The notes below the pieces were generated by a model, which ran no database searches, was not told the DNA's origin, and saw only the letters and a program-made list of their open reading frames with translations. A stretch of DNA of 64,000 nt from an uncultured bacterium (GTDB lineage Bacteria > Desulfobacterota_D > UBA1144). This document shows positions 1 through 12,081 of this stretch, piece after piece; position 1 is the stretch's first letter, and the number at the start of each line of letters is the position of its first letter. The DNA is taken from contig CAJWZP010000001.1 of NCBI GenBank assembly GCA_913050325.1, positions 1,611-65,610 of the forward strand. The letters run 5' to 3'. The position numbers were made by a program, and so were the translations under genes.

Positions 1-246
1 TTTAATATGTTTAGGAACAATATTTTTATCAAACTCAATATCTGAAGAATCTAAATGTTTATATTCATTTCTATAAAAATTTGATAAATCTGTAAACCGC
101 CAATCTTCATCTAATAAACTAGGCAAACCTTGCTTTCTAAAATTATCGAAGGATTTTTTTCTAAAAATATTTAAGTACTGAGACTTATTTTCAAAAGATA
201 AAAAGCTTTCATGCTGGTTTGATAAATTAGATTCAAAATCTTTCAA
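1..246 (-). CDS. sufD: Fe-S cluster assembly protein SufD, N-terminal part (runs off the window start)
   Basis: Not in the ORF track. Read by hand from a TTG at 246, 1 nt after the sufC stop: MKDFESNL...FRKQGLPSLLDEDWRFTDLS. This matches the SufD N-terminal GLP...E.W(R/K)(Y/F)T motif, and the gene follows sufB-sufC. Confidence 0.8.
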   Translation of the reverse strand, partial: MKDFESNLSNQHESFLSFENKSQYLNIFRKKSFDNFRKQGLPSLLDEDWRFTDLSNFYRNEYKHLDSSDIEFDKNIVPKHIK

Positions 247-247
247 A

Positions 248-988
248 TTAGTTCTCCAACCAAGAATAGCCCTTTGATTCAAGCTCTAATGCAAGAGATT
301 TGTCACCTGACTTAACGATAACTCCTCCAACTAAAACATGGACAAAATCCGGAACTATATAATTCAATAATCTTTGATAATGTGTTATAACCAAAAAGGA
401 TCTATTCGCATCTTTATGAGCATTGACACCATTGGCAACTATTTGTAAAGCGTCAATATCTAATCCAGAATCAGTTTCATCTAATATTGACATGCAGGGG
501 TTCAGAATAGACATCTGAAGTATCTCATTTCTTTTCTTTTCTCCACCTGAAAAGCCCTCATTTAAAGATCGATTTAAAAGAGATTCGTCCATCTTTAAGT
601 GCTTAATCTTTTCTTTTGCTAACTTTATAAATTCAACGGGCTTTAGCGGATCTTCACCCTTAGACTTTCTTATAGAATTTAAAGCCTCTCTAAGAAAATA
701 ACTATTTGAAACACCTGGAATTTCAATTGGATACTGGAAAGCTAAAAAAATACCTTCTTGAGCCCTTTCTTCGGGTGACATCTCTAGAATACTTTCACCA
801 TTAAATAATATATCTCCATCTGTAATTTCATAATCTTCTTTACCAGCTAGGATAGATGCTAGTGTACTTTTTCCTGAGCCATTTGGTCCCATTATAGAAT
901 GAACTTCACCTTTTCCTATTGAAAGATTTAAGCCTTTAAGAATTTTTTTATCTTCTATGTTTGCATGTAAATTTTTAATTTCAAGCAT
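248..988 (-). CDS. sufC: Fe-S cluster assembly ATPase SufC
   Basis: Walker [17 protein letters not shown], signature [22 protein letters not shown]. Confidence 0.97.
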   Translation of the reverse strand: MLEIKNLHANIEDKKILKGLNLSIGKGEVHSIMGPNGSGKSTLASILAGKEDYEITDGDILFNGESILEMSPEERAQEGIFLAFQYPIEIPGVSNSYFLREALNSIRKSKGEDPLKPVEFIKLAKEKIKHLKMDESLLNRSLNEGFSGGEKKRNEILQMSILNPCMSILDETDSGLDIDALQIVANGVNAHKDANRSFLVITHYQRLLNYIVPDFVHVLVGGVIVKSGDKSLALELESKGYSWLEN

Positions 989-1019
989 ATAACTACCCCT
1001 ATTTAATATTGGACCTAAC

Positions 1020-2477
1020 TTAACCTACGCTGCCTTCAAGGCTTACACTAAGTAACCTTTCAGCTTCAACTGCAAATTCAAAAGGAAGCTCTTTAAAGAC
1101 CTCTTTACAAAAACCATTAACTATTAGAGATAAAGCATCCTCTTCTGACATACCTCTTTGTTGACAATAGAATATTTGATCTTCACCAACCTTGGAAGTA
1201 GTTGCCTCATGTTCTAATTGAGCAGATGGATTCTTTATTTCTATATAAGGGAAAGTATGAGCACCACATTTATCGCCTATTAATATTGAATCACACTGAG
1301 TGTAATTTCTTGCATCTTGAGCATTTTCAGAGACTTGAACAAGACCTCTATAAGTATTCTGTCCTTGTCCAGCAGAAATACCTTTAGATACTATAGTACT
1401 TTTAGTATTTTTTCCTAAATGAATCATCTTTGTCCCAGTATCAGCTTGCTGCCAATTGTTAGTTAAAGCAACTGAATAAAATTCACCCACAGAATTATCA
1501 CCAGTTAAAATACAACTTGGATATTTCCATGTAACAGCAGAACCGGTTTCAACTTGAGTCCAAGAAATTCGTGAATTTTTTCCAACACAATTTCCTCTTT
1601 TTGTTACAAAATTATAAATTCCACCTTTACCGTTTTTATCACCTGGATACCAGTTTTGTATTGTAGAATATTTAATAGTTGCATCATCATGCGCTAAAAG
1701 TTCAACACAAGCGGCATGAAGCTGACTAGTGCTCCTTTTGGGAGCGGTACAACCTTCAAGATAACTTACATGACTACCTTCATCAGCAATGATTAATGTT
1801 CGTTCAAATTGTCCTGTGTTTTCAGCATTAATTCTAAAATATGTAGATAATTCCATGGGACATCTAACACCTTTCGGAACATAAACAAAAGAACCATCAG
1901 TAAAAACAGCTGCATTTAATGCGGCAAAATAATTGTCACTTGCTGGAATGACTCTACCTAAATATTTTTTTATTAAACTTTCATGATCTTTAACAGCTTC
2001 AGAGAATGAACAGAAAATAATTCCAAGCTCAGCCAGCTTATCTTTGAATGTAGTTACAAGTGATACACTATCAAAGACAGCATCAACAGCTACACCCTCT
2101 AACATTTTTTGCTCCTCAAGAGGAATTCCCAATTTATCGTATGTTTCCAAAATTTCTGGATCAATATCATCTAGTGATTCGGGCCTTTCTTTTGGTGTTG
2201 CAAAATAACTCATTGAGTTATAATCAATTTTTTCAACTTTTAATTTTGCCCAATTTGGCTCTTTCATTTTGAGCCACTTTTTGTAAGCGTTTAATCTAAA
2301 CTTTAAAAGCCATTCAGGTTCTTCTTTTCTTTTAGAAATTTCACGAATTACATTTTCATTTAGACCAACAGGGAAGACATCTTGATCTACATCAGTTACA
2401 AATCCGTATTTATATTCTTCATTCTCAAGCATCTCTTTAGTTGCTTGATCGTTATCAATTTTTAATTCCTCTCTCAT
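1020..2477 (-). CDS. sufB: Fe-S cluster assembly protein SufB
   Basis: [44 protein letters not shown] and EHEATTS motifs. Confidence 0.97.
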   Translation of the reverse strand: MREELKIDNDQATKEMLENEEYKYGFVTDVDQDVFPVGLNENVIREISKRKEEPEWLLKFRLNAYKKWLKMKEPNWAKLKVEKIDYNSMSYFATPKERPESLDDIDPEILETYDKLGIPLEEQKMLEGVAVDAVFDSVSLVTTFKDKLAELGIIFCSFSEAVKDHESLIKKYLGRVIPASDNYFAALNAAVFTDGSFVYVPKGVRCPMELSTYFRINAENTGQFERTLIIADEGSHVSYLEGCTAPKRSTSQLHAACVELLAHDDATIKYSTIQNWYPGDKNGKGGIYNFVTKRGNCVGKNSRISWTQVETGSAVTWKYPSCILTGDNSVGEFYSVALTNNWQQADTGTKMIHLGKNTKSTIVSKGISAGQGQNTYRGLVQVSENAQDARNYTQCDSILIGDKCGAHTFPYIEIKNPSAQLEHEATTSKVGEDQIFYCQQRGMSEEDALSLIVNGFCKEVFKELPFEFAVEAERLLSVSLEGSVG

Positions 2478-2491
2478 TTTACCCTCTTTTT

Positions 2492-2902
2492 CTAAGTGTT
2501 AAATTTTTTACTGGCTAAATCCTTAACTGTTATCTTACTTAAAAATTCTAGAGTGTTAAGCTGAAGATGATCCCAGATAGATCTTTGATTACAAGTCTTG
2601 AAAAGTTCACAAACTTGATCGCCATCCATACAATCTATTAATTGTAAATCTCCTTCGATAGCTTCGTACACCTCCTTTAAAGAAATATTCATCGGATCTT
2701 TCTTGAAATAATAGCCACCATCTGGTCCTGATGATGAAGAAAGAATACCCCTTTGAACCAATTTCCTCATAATTTTGGCAAGATAGCTGTGAGGTATATG
2801 CTGTTTTTCTGAAACTAGTTTAATAGTTATATTTTCATCTCTAGAAGAAGCCATATAACTAAGCGATCTCACAGCATAATCTAATGTTTTGCTCACTTGC
2901 AT
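2492..2902 (-). CDS. Rrf2 family (IscR-like) transcriptional regulator
   Basis: DYAVR, YLAKI..L...G, GPDGGY and three C-terminal Cys (C-x6-C-x5-C). Start moved to the ATG at 2902, which has a GAGG Shine-Dalgarno. It heads the suf operon. Confidence 0.9.
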   Translation of the reverse strand: MQVSKTLDYAVRSLSYMASSRDENITIKLVSEKQHIPHSYLAKIMRKLVQRGILSSSSGPDGGYYFKKDPMNISLKEVYEAIEGDLQLIDCMDGDQVCELFKTCNQRSIWDHLQLNTLEFLSKITVKDLASKKFNT

Positions 2903-2961
2903 AGAATTTAACCTCACTTTAATATAACATAAAAAATAATTTTTACGCTTTTTCCCAATGC

Positions 2962-2989
2962 TTGACATGCATAAGCAATACAGTAATAT
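2962..2989 (+). promoter_or_regulatory. Probable sigma70 promoter for rplM-rpsI
   Basis: TTGACA (2962-2967), 16 nt spacer, TAATAT (2984-2989), about 30 nt before the rplM ATG. Confidence 0.55.
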
Positions 2990-3019
2990 ATTAGCTTAAT
3001 TTCTTTATTGAGATAATTT

Positions 3020-3424
3020 ATGACAGATAAAAAATGGTTTTTAATTGATGCTAAAGATAAAGTAGTTGGTAGGTTAGCAACTAAAATAGCATCTATTCTA
3101 ATAGGAAAAAGCAAATCAACATTTACTCCTGGAACCGATAACGGTGATTTTGTTGTAGTTATAAATTCAGATTCACTTGTTTTTACTGGTAAAAAACTGG
3201 ATCACAAGTTTTATTATAGAAATACTGGTTTTCCTGGTGGTTTAAGAAGTAAAAAAGCTAGGGACCTAATGAAAGACGACTCACCAGAGATACTCAAAAA
3301 AGCTGTAAAGGGAATGTTACCAAAAAATAAATGGCAAGATAAGTTAATTTCTAGGTTAAGAGTTTATAGCTCGTCTGTCCATCCCCATGAAGCACAAAAA
3401 TTAGAAAATTTAGAGGTAATATAA
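3020..3424 (+). CDS. rplM: 50S ribosomal protein L13
   Basis: KWFLIDA, GRLAT, FTP..D.GD, GFPGG, AVKGMLPKN, HPHEAQ. Confidence 0.97.
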   Translation: MTDKKWFLIDAKDKVVGRLATKIASILIGKSKSTFTPGTDNGDFVVVINSDSLVFTGKKLDHKFYYRNTGFPGGLRSKKARDLMKDDSPEILKKAVKGMLPKNKWQDKLISRLRVYSSSVHPHEAQKLENLEVI

Positions 3425-3425
3425 A

Positions 3426-3815
3426 TTGTCAGAAAAATTTTATGCAACAGGTAGAAGAAAAAACTCAATAGCCAAAGTTTGGCTTAGTAAAGGGACTGGA
3501 AATATACTAATCAATAAAAGAGAAATAGACTCTTATTTCCCCAGAGATTTTTGGGTTAAGCATGCAATTGAAGCTCTTCAGGTAACTGATACTGATAAAG
3601 ATTTTGATATAAATATTTCAGTTTTAGGTGGAGGATTAACTGGTCAAAGTGGAGCAATTCGCTTAGGTATTTCAAGAGCCTTGGTCGTATATAATGAAAA
3701 TTTGAGAGAAAAATTAAAACCTAAGGGTTTATTATCAAGAGATTCCAGAATGGTAGAAAGTAAGAAATACGGAAAAAAGAAAGCTAGAAGAGGTCCTCAG
3801 TTCTCTAAAAGATAA
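3426..3815 (+). CDS. rpsI: 30S ribosomal protein S9
   Basis: ATGRRK, GGG..GQ.GAIRLG, KKARR.PQFSKR. TTG start. Confidence 0.97.
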   Translation: MSEKFYATGRRKNSIAKVWLSKGTGNILINKREIDSYFPRDFWVKHAIEALQVTDTDKDFDINISVLGGGLTGQSGAIRLGISRALVVYNENLREKLKPKGLLSRDSRMVESKKYGKKKARRGPQFSKR

Positions 3816-3822
3816 TTTTCTA

Positions 3823-5142
3823 ATGAAAAAAAAGTTCAAAGTCAGCAAACCCAAAGGGAAATTAGGAGTATTAATTCCTGGTATTTCCGGAGCTGTTAGT
3901 ACTACATTTATTGCAGGAATTCTTGCTAAGAAAAAAGGAGTTGGTGAACTTTTTGGTTCATTGTCTCAAATGGGCTCCATTAGAATAGGTAAAAGAACTG
4001 AGAATAAAACCCCTTTAATAAAAGACCTGCTCCCTCTTGCTGAGATAGAAGATATTGAATTTTTTGGATGGGATGTTTATAACGATAATTGTTATAATGC
4101 TTGTTTGAAATCCGGTGTATTAACTAAAGATCAAATAGAATTAATTAAAGATGAACTTGAAGAAATTCAACCACAAAAAGCTGTTTTTGATAAAAAATTT
4201 GCAGCTAATCTAAAAGGTAAAAATATTAAAAGAGAAAAAAATCTATTCAAATTAGCAAATGAGCTAATTGATGAAATAAATCTTTTTAAAGAAAAAAATA
4301 ATATTAAAAGACTTGTTATGGTTTGGTGTGGAAGCACTGAAATTTTTCTAAAAATAAAGAAAGTACATAAAACTATATCATCATTTGAAAAAGGTTTGAA
4401 AAATAATGATCCTGATATCTCTCCTAGTATGATTTATGCGTATGCAGCATTAAAATGTGGATCTGCCTATGCCAATGGTGCACCCAACCTATCTGTTGAT
4501 ATTCCAGCATTAATTAATTTAAGCATTAAAAATAAAGTTCCAATTTGTGGTAAAGATTTTAAGACAGGACAAACTTTAATGAAGACTATATTAGCTCCAG
4601 GTATTAAAAGTAGATTGCTAGGATTAAATGGTTGGTTTTCTACTAATATTTTAGGAAATCGTGATGGAGAAGTTCTCGATAATCCTAAAAATTTTAAAAC
4701 TAAAGAAGAAAGTAAATTAAGTGTTTTAGATCATATATTTCAACCTGATCTTTATCCAGATTTATACGGAGATTTCTATCATAAAGTACGAATAAACTAC
4801 TATCCACCACGAGGTGATGAAAAAGAAGCTTGGGATAATATAGACATTTTTGGTTGGCTTGGATATCCAATGCAAATTAAAGTTAATTTTCTTTGTAGAG
4901 ATAGTATATTGGCCGCACCTATAGTCCTTGATTTAGTAATTTTTATGGATTTAGCTCAAAGATCAGGGATGGTAGGCATCCAAGAATGGATGTCATTTTA
5001 TTTTAAAAGTCCTATGTATGGAGATAATCTATATCCTGAACATGATTTATTCATCCAAAGCATGAAATTGAAAAATACTTTAAGAATTCTCGCAGGTGAA
5101 AAAACAATTGACCACTCAGGCTTGGACTATTACTATGATTAA
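3823..5142 (+). CDS. ino1: Myo-inositol-1-phosphate synthase
   Basis: GWD, WCGSTE, NGAP, GKDFKTGQT, STNILGNRDG, DSILAAP and SFYFKSP motifs. Confidence 0.93.
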   Translation: MKKKFKVSKPKGKLGVLIPGISGAVSTTFIAGILAKKKGVGELFGSLSQMGSIRIGKRTENKTPLIKDLLPLAEIEDIEFFGWDVYNDNCYNACLKSGVLTKDQIELIKDELEEIQPQKAVFDKKFAANLKGKNIKREKNLFKLANELIDEINLFKEKNNIKRLVMVWCGSTEIFLKIKKVHKTISSFEKGLKNNDPDISPSMIYAYAALKCGSAYANGAPNLSVDIPALINLSIKNKVPICGKDFKTGQTLMKTILAPGIKSRLLGLNGWFSTNILGNRDGEVLDNPKNFKTKEESKLSVLDHIFQPDLYPDLYGDFYHKVRINYYPPRGDEKEAWDNIDIFGWLGYPMQIKVNFLCRDSILAAPIVLDLVIFMDLAQRSGMVGIQEWMSFYFKSPMYGDNLYPEHDLFIQSMKLKNTLRILAGEKTIDHSGLDYYYD

Positions 5143-5143
5143 T

Positions 5144-5406
5144 TTATAACTTAACGCCTGTTTCTAATGCAACTGTAACATTATTGTTTTCTACACTAAT
5201 TAATCCATCTCCAACTTCAAAAGATATAGTATTTCCATCATTGTTTATTACTTCTAAATCTCCACTTACAATATCAGATGCAAATAATGTATGTCCAGGA
5301 AGAATACCAAATTGACCTAAAGAATTTATAGCTGATATTCTTTTTGCTGAATCAGAGAAAAGGACTCCATCGGGAGTATAGATTTTTAACTCAAACGAAT
5401 CACTCA

Positions 5407-5407
<1 letters not shown>
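5144..5407 (-). CDS. atpC: F1 ATP synthase epsilon subunit (short, beta-sandwich only)
   Basis: L.I.TPDG and G.FGILPGH; directly after atpD; 87 aa. Confidence 0.9.
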
Positions 5408-7663
<2,256 letters not shown>

Positions 7664-7670
7664 TAAATTA

Positions 7671-9170
7671 TTAACTAGCTCCCTTAAACTTATCTAAAGC
7701 TGATTTTATACTAGATATTAAATCGTCACTATATTCTGATTGAAGTGAATTTAAAAGATCTTTGTGGTTAGCTTCGAAATATTCATATAATTTTTCTTCA
7801 AATTCTAAAACTTTATCAGGCTCAATATCATCTGCATAACCGTTTGTTACAGCGAAAGCTAAAAGAACTTGTTTCTCCACAGGTAGTGGAACATATTGGC
7901 CTTGTTTTAAAGCTTCAACTAAACGAGATCCTCTTTCTAACTGTGCTTTAGTTGCATCATCCAAGTCAGATGCAAATTGAGAAAAAGCTTCAACTTCTCT
8001 ATACTGCGCCAAATCAAGCCTTAATGTTCCGGCAACTTTTTTCATACTTTTTACTTGAGCAGATCCACCAACTCTTGAAACTGATAAACCGACATTAATT
8101 GCGGGTCTTACTCCTGAATAAAAAAGATCTGTTTCAAGGAAAATTTGACCATCTGTTATTGATATAACATTAGTAGGTATATAAGCTGAAACATCTCCTG
8201 CTTGCGTTTCAATTATTGGAAGCGCTGTTAAAGAGCCACCCCCCAATTCATCACTCATTTTAGCCGCTCTTTCCAATAATCTTGAGTGTAAGTAAAAAAC
8301 ATCCCCAGGATAGGCCTCTCTACCTGGAGGTCTTCTTAATAATAATGAAAGCTGTCTATAAGAATAAGCATGCTTTGTTAAATCATCATAAATTACTAAT
8401 GCGTGTTTACCATTATCTCTAAAATACTCTCCAATAGCACACCCTGTAAATGGAGATAAAAACTGATAAGGAGCAGGGTCACTGGCATTTGCAGCTACAA
8501 CGGTAGTATATTCAAAAGCTCCATTTTCTTTTAACTTTTCAACAACTTGAGCAACTGTTGATTGTTTTTGACCTATAGCGACATAAACACAATAAACTCC
8601 TTTGCCCTTTTGATTAATAATTGTATCAACTGCTATAGCTGTTTTACCTGTTTGTCTGTCACCTAATATTAATTCTCTTTGCCCCCTTCCAATAGGAATC
8701 ATTGAATCAATAGCTTTAATTCCTGTTTGCAGTGGCTCACTTACAGATTTTCTCGAAATAACACCAGGTGCCTTTATCTCTACAGGTTTAAATTCCGATG
8801 ATTCAATTTCGCCTTTTCCGTCTACCGGTATTCCTAATCCATCTACTACTCTACCTAGCATTGAATCACCTACCCCAACCTGAGCAATCTTTCCAGTTCT
8901 TTTAACTTTATCACCCTCTAGAACCAGGCTGTCCTCACCGAAAACCGCGATACCAACGCTATCCTCTTCAAGGTTTAAAACTAGACCAAGTATCCCATTA
9001 TCAAATGAAACTAATTCTCCTGCCATAGCCTGATCTAGGCCATATACTTTTGCAATTCCATCACCGACTGATGTAACAGTACCTACTTCATCTGATTTAA
9101 AATCTAATTCTAATCCTTTTATTTTACTTTTTAATTGTTCACTTACTGTTTGGATTCCCGAATCTGACAT
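7671..9170 (-). CDS. atpA: F1 ATP synthase alpha subunit
   Basis: [43 protein letters not shown]. Confidence 0.98.
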   Translation of the reverse strand: MSDSGIQTVSEQLKSKIKGLELDFKSDEVGTVTSVGDGIAKVYGLDQAMAGELVSFDNGILGLVLNLEEDSVGIAVFGEDSLVLEGDKVKRTGKIAQVGVGDSMLGRVVDGLGIPVDGKGEIESSEFKPVEIKAPGVISRKSVSEPLQTGIKAIDSMIPIGRGQRELILGDRQTGKTAIAVDTIINQKGKGVYCVYVAIGQKQSTVAQVVEKLKENGAFEYTTVVAANASDPAPYQFLSPFTGCAIGEYFRDNGKHALVIYDDLTKHAYSYRQLSLLLRRPPGREAYPGDVFYLHSRLLERAAKMSDELGGGSLTALPIIETQAGDVSAYIPTNVISITDGQIFLETDLFYSGVRPAINVGLSVSRVGGSAQVKSMKKVAGTLRLDLAQYREVEAFSQFASDLDDATKAQLERGSRLVEALKQGQYVPLPVEKQVLLAFAVTNGYADDIEPDKVLEFEEKLYEYFEANHKDLLNSLQSEYSDDLISSIKSALDKFKGAS

Positions 9171-9187
9171 TTTTAATCTCCTATATT

Positions 9188-9703
9188 TTAAATATTATTA
9201 AATTTTTCTATTTTACCTTTGATTGAACCATCATAAAATTTATCTTCGACTTGAAGTACAATTCCTCCAATAATATCAGGATCAACATTAAAATTAACTT
9301 CTAAATTAGAACCCCAAATATCTGACAACTCATTCATAATACTGTTTTTTTTATCATCATCAATACTAGAAACAAAGACTTCGATTTTTACTCTATCTAA
9401 AATTTTTCTTAGTTTTTTCAAAAAGAAATCATGTGATGAAATTAGATCATCTAATATTTCAAAATCTAAAACTGTTTTGAAAAAATTCATACTAGAATCT
9501 GAATCACCTACAATATCTTTGATTATTGATAATTTAGAATCTGAATCGTAAATATCATTTGTAAGGAAAACTTTAATTTCTTTATTTGATGATGTTATAT
9601 TGAAAAAATCAACTAAAGATGAATATATATTTTTTAATTCATCTTTTGATGTATCCGAGGATGTTATAGCTTGAAGAAAATCATTAATTGTTGCTGATGA
9701 CAT
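9188..9703 (-). CDS. atpH: F1 ATP synthase delta subunit (divergent)
   Basis: C-terminal VDPDIIGG...YDGSI motif and position between atpF and atpA. The ATG at 9703 is preferred; the exact start is uncertain. Confidence 0.82.
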   Translation of the reverse strand: MSSATINDFLQAITSSDTSKDELKNIYSSLVDFFNITSSNKEIKVFLTNDIYDSDSKLSIIKDIVGDSDSSMNFFKTVLDFEILDDLISSHDFFLKKLRKILDRVKIEVFVSSIDDDKKNSIMNELSDIWGSNLEVNFNVDPDIIGGIVLQVEDKFYDGSIKGKIEKFNNI

Positions 9704-10199
9704 CTTTTTTAACCTCTTCAAGATAGTTTTTAATAATTTTTACGTCTTCTTGTGGTGTCAAACTAACCTTTATATCATTTAATGCAAGTTCAACAGCTTT
9801 ATTTAATATTTGATCTTCGATTTGATTATTAATTTTTTTTGTTTCCAACTTAATTATTTCTTTTGTATCTCGTTCAATTAAAGCAACCATAGAACTTGCA
9901 TTATCATTTATCTCGGCAACCTTATTATCACAAATTTTATTAGATGAATCTCTTATTTGAGTTACTTCATTGTCAATTTGACTAACTTTTGAAGAACTAT
10001 CATCATATAATTTTTGTGCAGATTCAATTATATCTTTTGCAGAATTTATAGAATTTTCAATGTTTAAACTTCTTGATTGAAAGAAAGATGTGACAGGCCT
10101 CTTGAGAAAGTAATAAAGAATCCCAACAAAAACAAACAAATTAAATAAATGTTGAGATGCAAATTTTAACTGTCCCACCAAATTAATTTCTTCAGCCAA
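9684..10199 (-). CDS. atpF: F0 ATP synthase subunit b
   Basis: N.FVF..ILYYFL..P transmembrane segment followed by a long coiled coil; operon position. Confidence 0.85.
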   Translation of the reverse strand: MAEEINLVGQLKFASQHLFNLFVFVGILYYFLKRPVTSFFQSRSLNIENSINSAKDIIESAQKLYDDSSSKVSQIDNEVTQIRDSSNKICDNKVAEINDNASSMVALIERDTKEIIKLETKKINNQIEDQILNKAVELALNDIKVSLTPQEDVKIIKNYLEEVKKDVISNN

Positions 10200-10721
10200 C
10201 TAATTAATCCTCTCTTTAATAATTTTTGACACCTCTTTTATTTTCAAAGATATCTCATCATTACCATCTTTAATATCTGAAACAGATAAAATTTTAATCT
10301 TTTCGAGTATTTGAGCATTTGATAAATCTTTTTTTGATTCTTCTATCTCATTAATTGATTTATTTTTTGCTGCTTTAACTAATTCATCTGCAGCTATTTT
10401 TGCATTATTTATTTTTTCGAATGAAGTTTTATCGATATCAACTTTAAACTCATTAATTTTATCTTTATATTGAGCCTCTAGATTTTTAGCTTGTTCAGAC
10501 ATTGAATCTGCTCTTTCGAGCCTAACTGAACTTTCAATATCTCTATCCTCTTTTAATTGAAGTAAGGGTTGAAAAAGAAATTTGTTTAAGATTAAAAGAG
10601 CTGATATGTACATTATTAACTCAAAAAAGAATGTTCTATCAACGCTTAATACATTTGATGAATCAGCTGCAATTAAATAATTTGGTAATATAATTAAAAA
10701 TAAAAAAACTTTAATTTTCAT
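10200..10721 (-). CDS. F0 ATP synthase subunit b'
   Basis: D.T.F......L..LNKFLFQPL....R motif, then a coiled coil; second b-type gene next to atpF. Confidence 0.8.
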   Translation of the reverse strand: MKIKVFLFLIILPNYLIAADSSNVLSVDRTFFFELIMYISALLILNKFLFQPLLQLKEDRDIESSVRLERADSMSEQAKNLEAQYKDKINEFKVDIDKTSFEKINNAKIAADELVKAAKNKSINEIEESKKDLSNAQILEKIKILSVSDIKDGNDEISLKIKEVSKIIKERIN

Positions 10722-10723
10722 TA

Positions 10724-11968
10724 CTAATCTCTGTAAAATTTATACAAAAGTGGAGGTGCTATGAAAGTTGTCAACATAACCATAATTGTCACAGCTGAAT
10801 ACTCACTTTTTGTAAATACCCCTGTCATTAAACCCATAGAAGCAAATATCAGTCCTACTTCGCCTCTAGGTATCATTCCAATGCCAATTACCAATTTATT
10901 GACATTTAATTGAAAAGCACCTAAACCACTAATCAGCTTACCAATAACTGCGACTATAAATAAAACTACGGCTAAAATTATAACAGCAATATTTTCCTTT
11001 ATAAAGGGGTTAAAAGAACTAATATCAACAGCAGATCCGACCATTATAAAAAATATTGGAATAAAGACATCGGCAACAGGCTTCAATCTATCCTCTATTA
11101 AATCTTTCTGATTAGTCTTGGCTAACAATAGGCCAGCAGCAAAAGCACCAATTATTGGAGCAAGACCAGATAATTTTGCTAAGTAAGCAAAAATAAAGGT
11201 ATATGCTAGTGCTCCGAGTAACAAACTACCTCTAGCTTTCAAACTATGAACAAAAATAAAAAGTTTTTTTGTAAAGACATTTCCTACTACAATAGCTAAA
11301 AATAGAAATCCAAAAGCTTTTAGGGATATTAGTAGAATTGATGAAACATTTATCGATAAATTACCATCAATAGAGCCACCGGAAGTTGTAACAATTCCAC
11401 TGACTACTGCTAGTATTATAAGTCCCAATACATCGTCTATGACAGCAGCTCCTAAAATTATTTTCGATTCTGTAGAATTTAATTTTTTCAACTCTGACAA
11501 AACTCTTGCAGTAATTCCAACACTTGTTGCTGTTAGAGTTGCTGCTACTGTCAAAGCTATTAGAAATAGTGCTCCCTCACTTTGAAAACTAATTAGATTA
11601 TAATCAGCCAACAAATATATTGTGTAATAACCTAAGAAGAAGGGAACAATAACTCCTAAAATTGCAACTATTAATGATGGCAAACCAACTTTTATTAAAT
11701 CATTTAAATCAGTTTCTAGACCAATTTCAAATAATAATATCGCAACTCCAACTTCGGCAAGGAGGTGAAAAAAATCATATCCTAATTCACCATATAAAGG
11801 TATTAATCCCAACATACCTAAAATTACTCCAGCTATCAATTCACCCAAGACTTCTGGCTGTTTGAATTTAACAAATATAGAACTTACAGCTTTACCAGCT
11901 ATAAATATACTAGCTAAAGCAAGAAAAAAACTTCCTAGAGTATAAGTTTCAGGATCATTAATTGACAT
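10724..11968 (-). CDS. Cation:proton antiporter, CPA2 family
   Basis: Many transmembrane segments; QPEVLGEL, LLFEIGLE, TSVGI, AAVIDD and GMIPRGEV motifs. Confidence 0.9.
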   Translation of the reverse strand: MSINDPETYTLGSFFLALASIFIAGKAVSSIFVKFKQPEVLGELIAGVILGMLGLIPLYGELGYDFFHLLAEVGVAILLFEIGLETDLNDLIKVGLPSLIVAILGVIVPFFLGYYTIYLLADYNLISFQSEGALFLIALTVAATLTATSVGITARVLSELKKLNSTESKIILGAAVIDDVLGLIILAVVSGIVTTSGGSIDGNLSINVSSILLISLKAFGFLFLAIVVGNVFTKKLFIFVHSLKARGSLLLGALAYTFIFAYLAKLSGLAPIIGAFAAGLLLAKTNQKDLIEDRLKPVADVFIPIFFIMVGSAVDISSFNPFIKENIAVIILAVVLFIVAVIGKLISGLGAFQLNVNKLVIGIGMIPRGEVGLIFASMGLMTGVFTKSEYSAVTIMVMLTTFIAPPLLYKFYRD

Positions 11969-12081
11969 ATTTATAACCGTTAGAACGTCTAAATTCTCTC
12001 ATGAAAAAAACCCTGAGTCAATCATGGTACAATATATTTTCATAAAATAGAAAAAAACATAATTTTATAAGATTTAATTAA

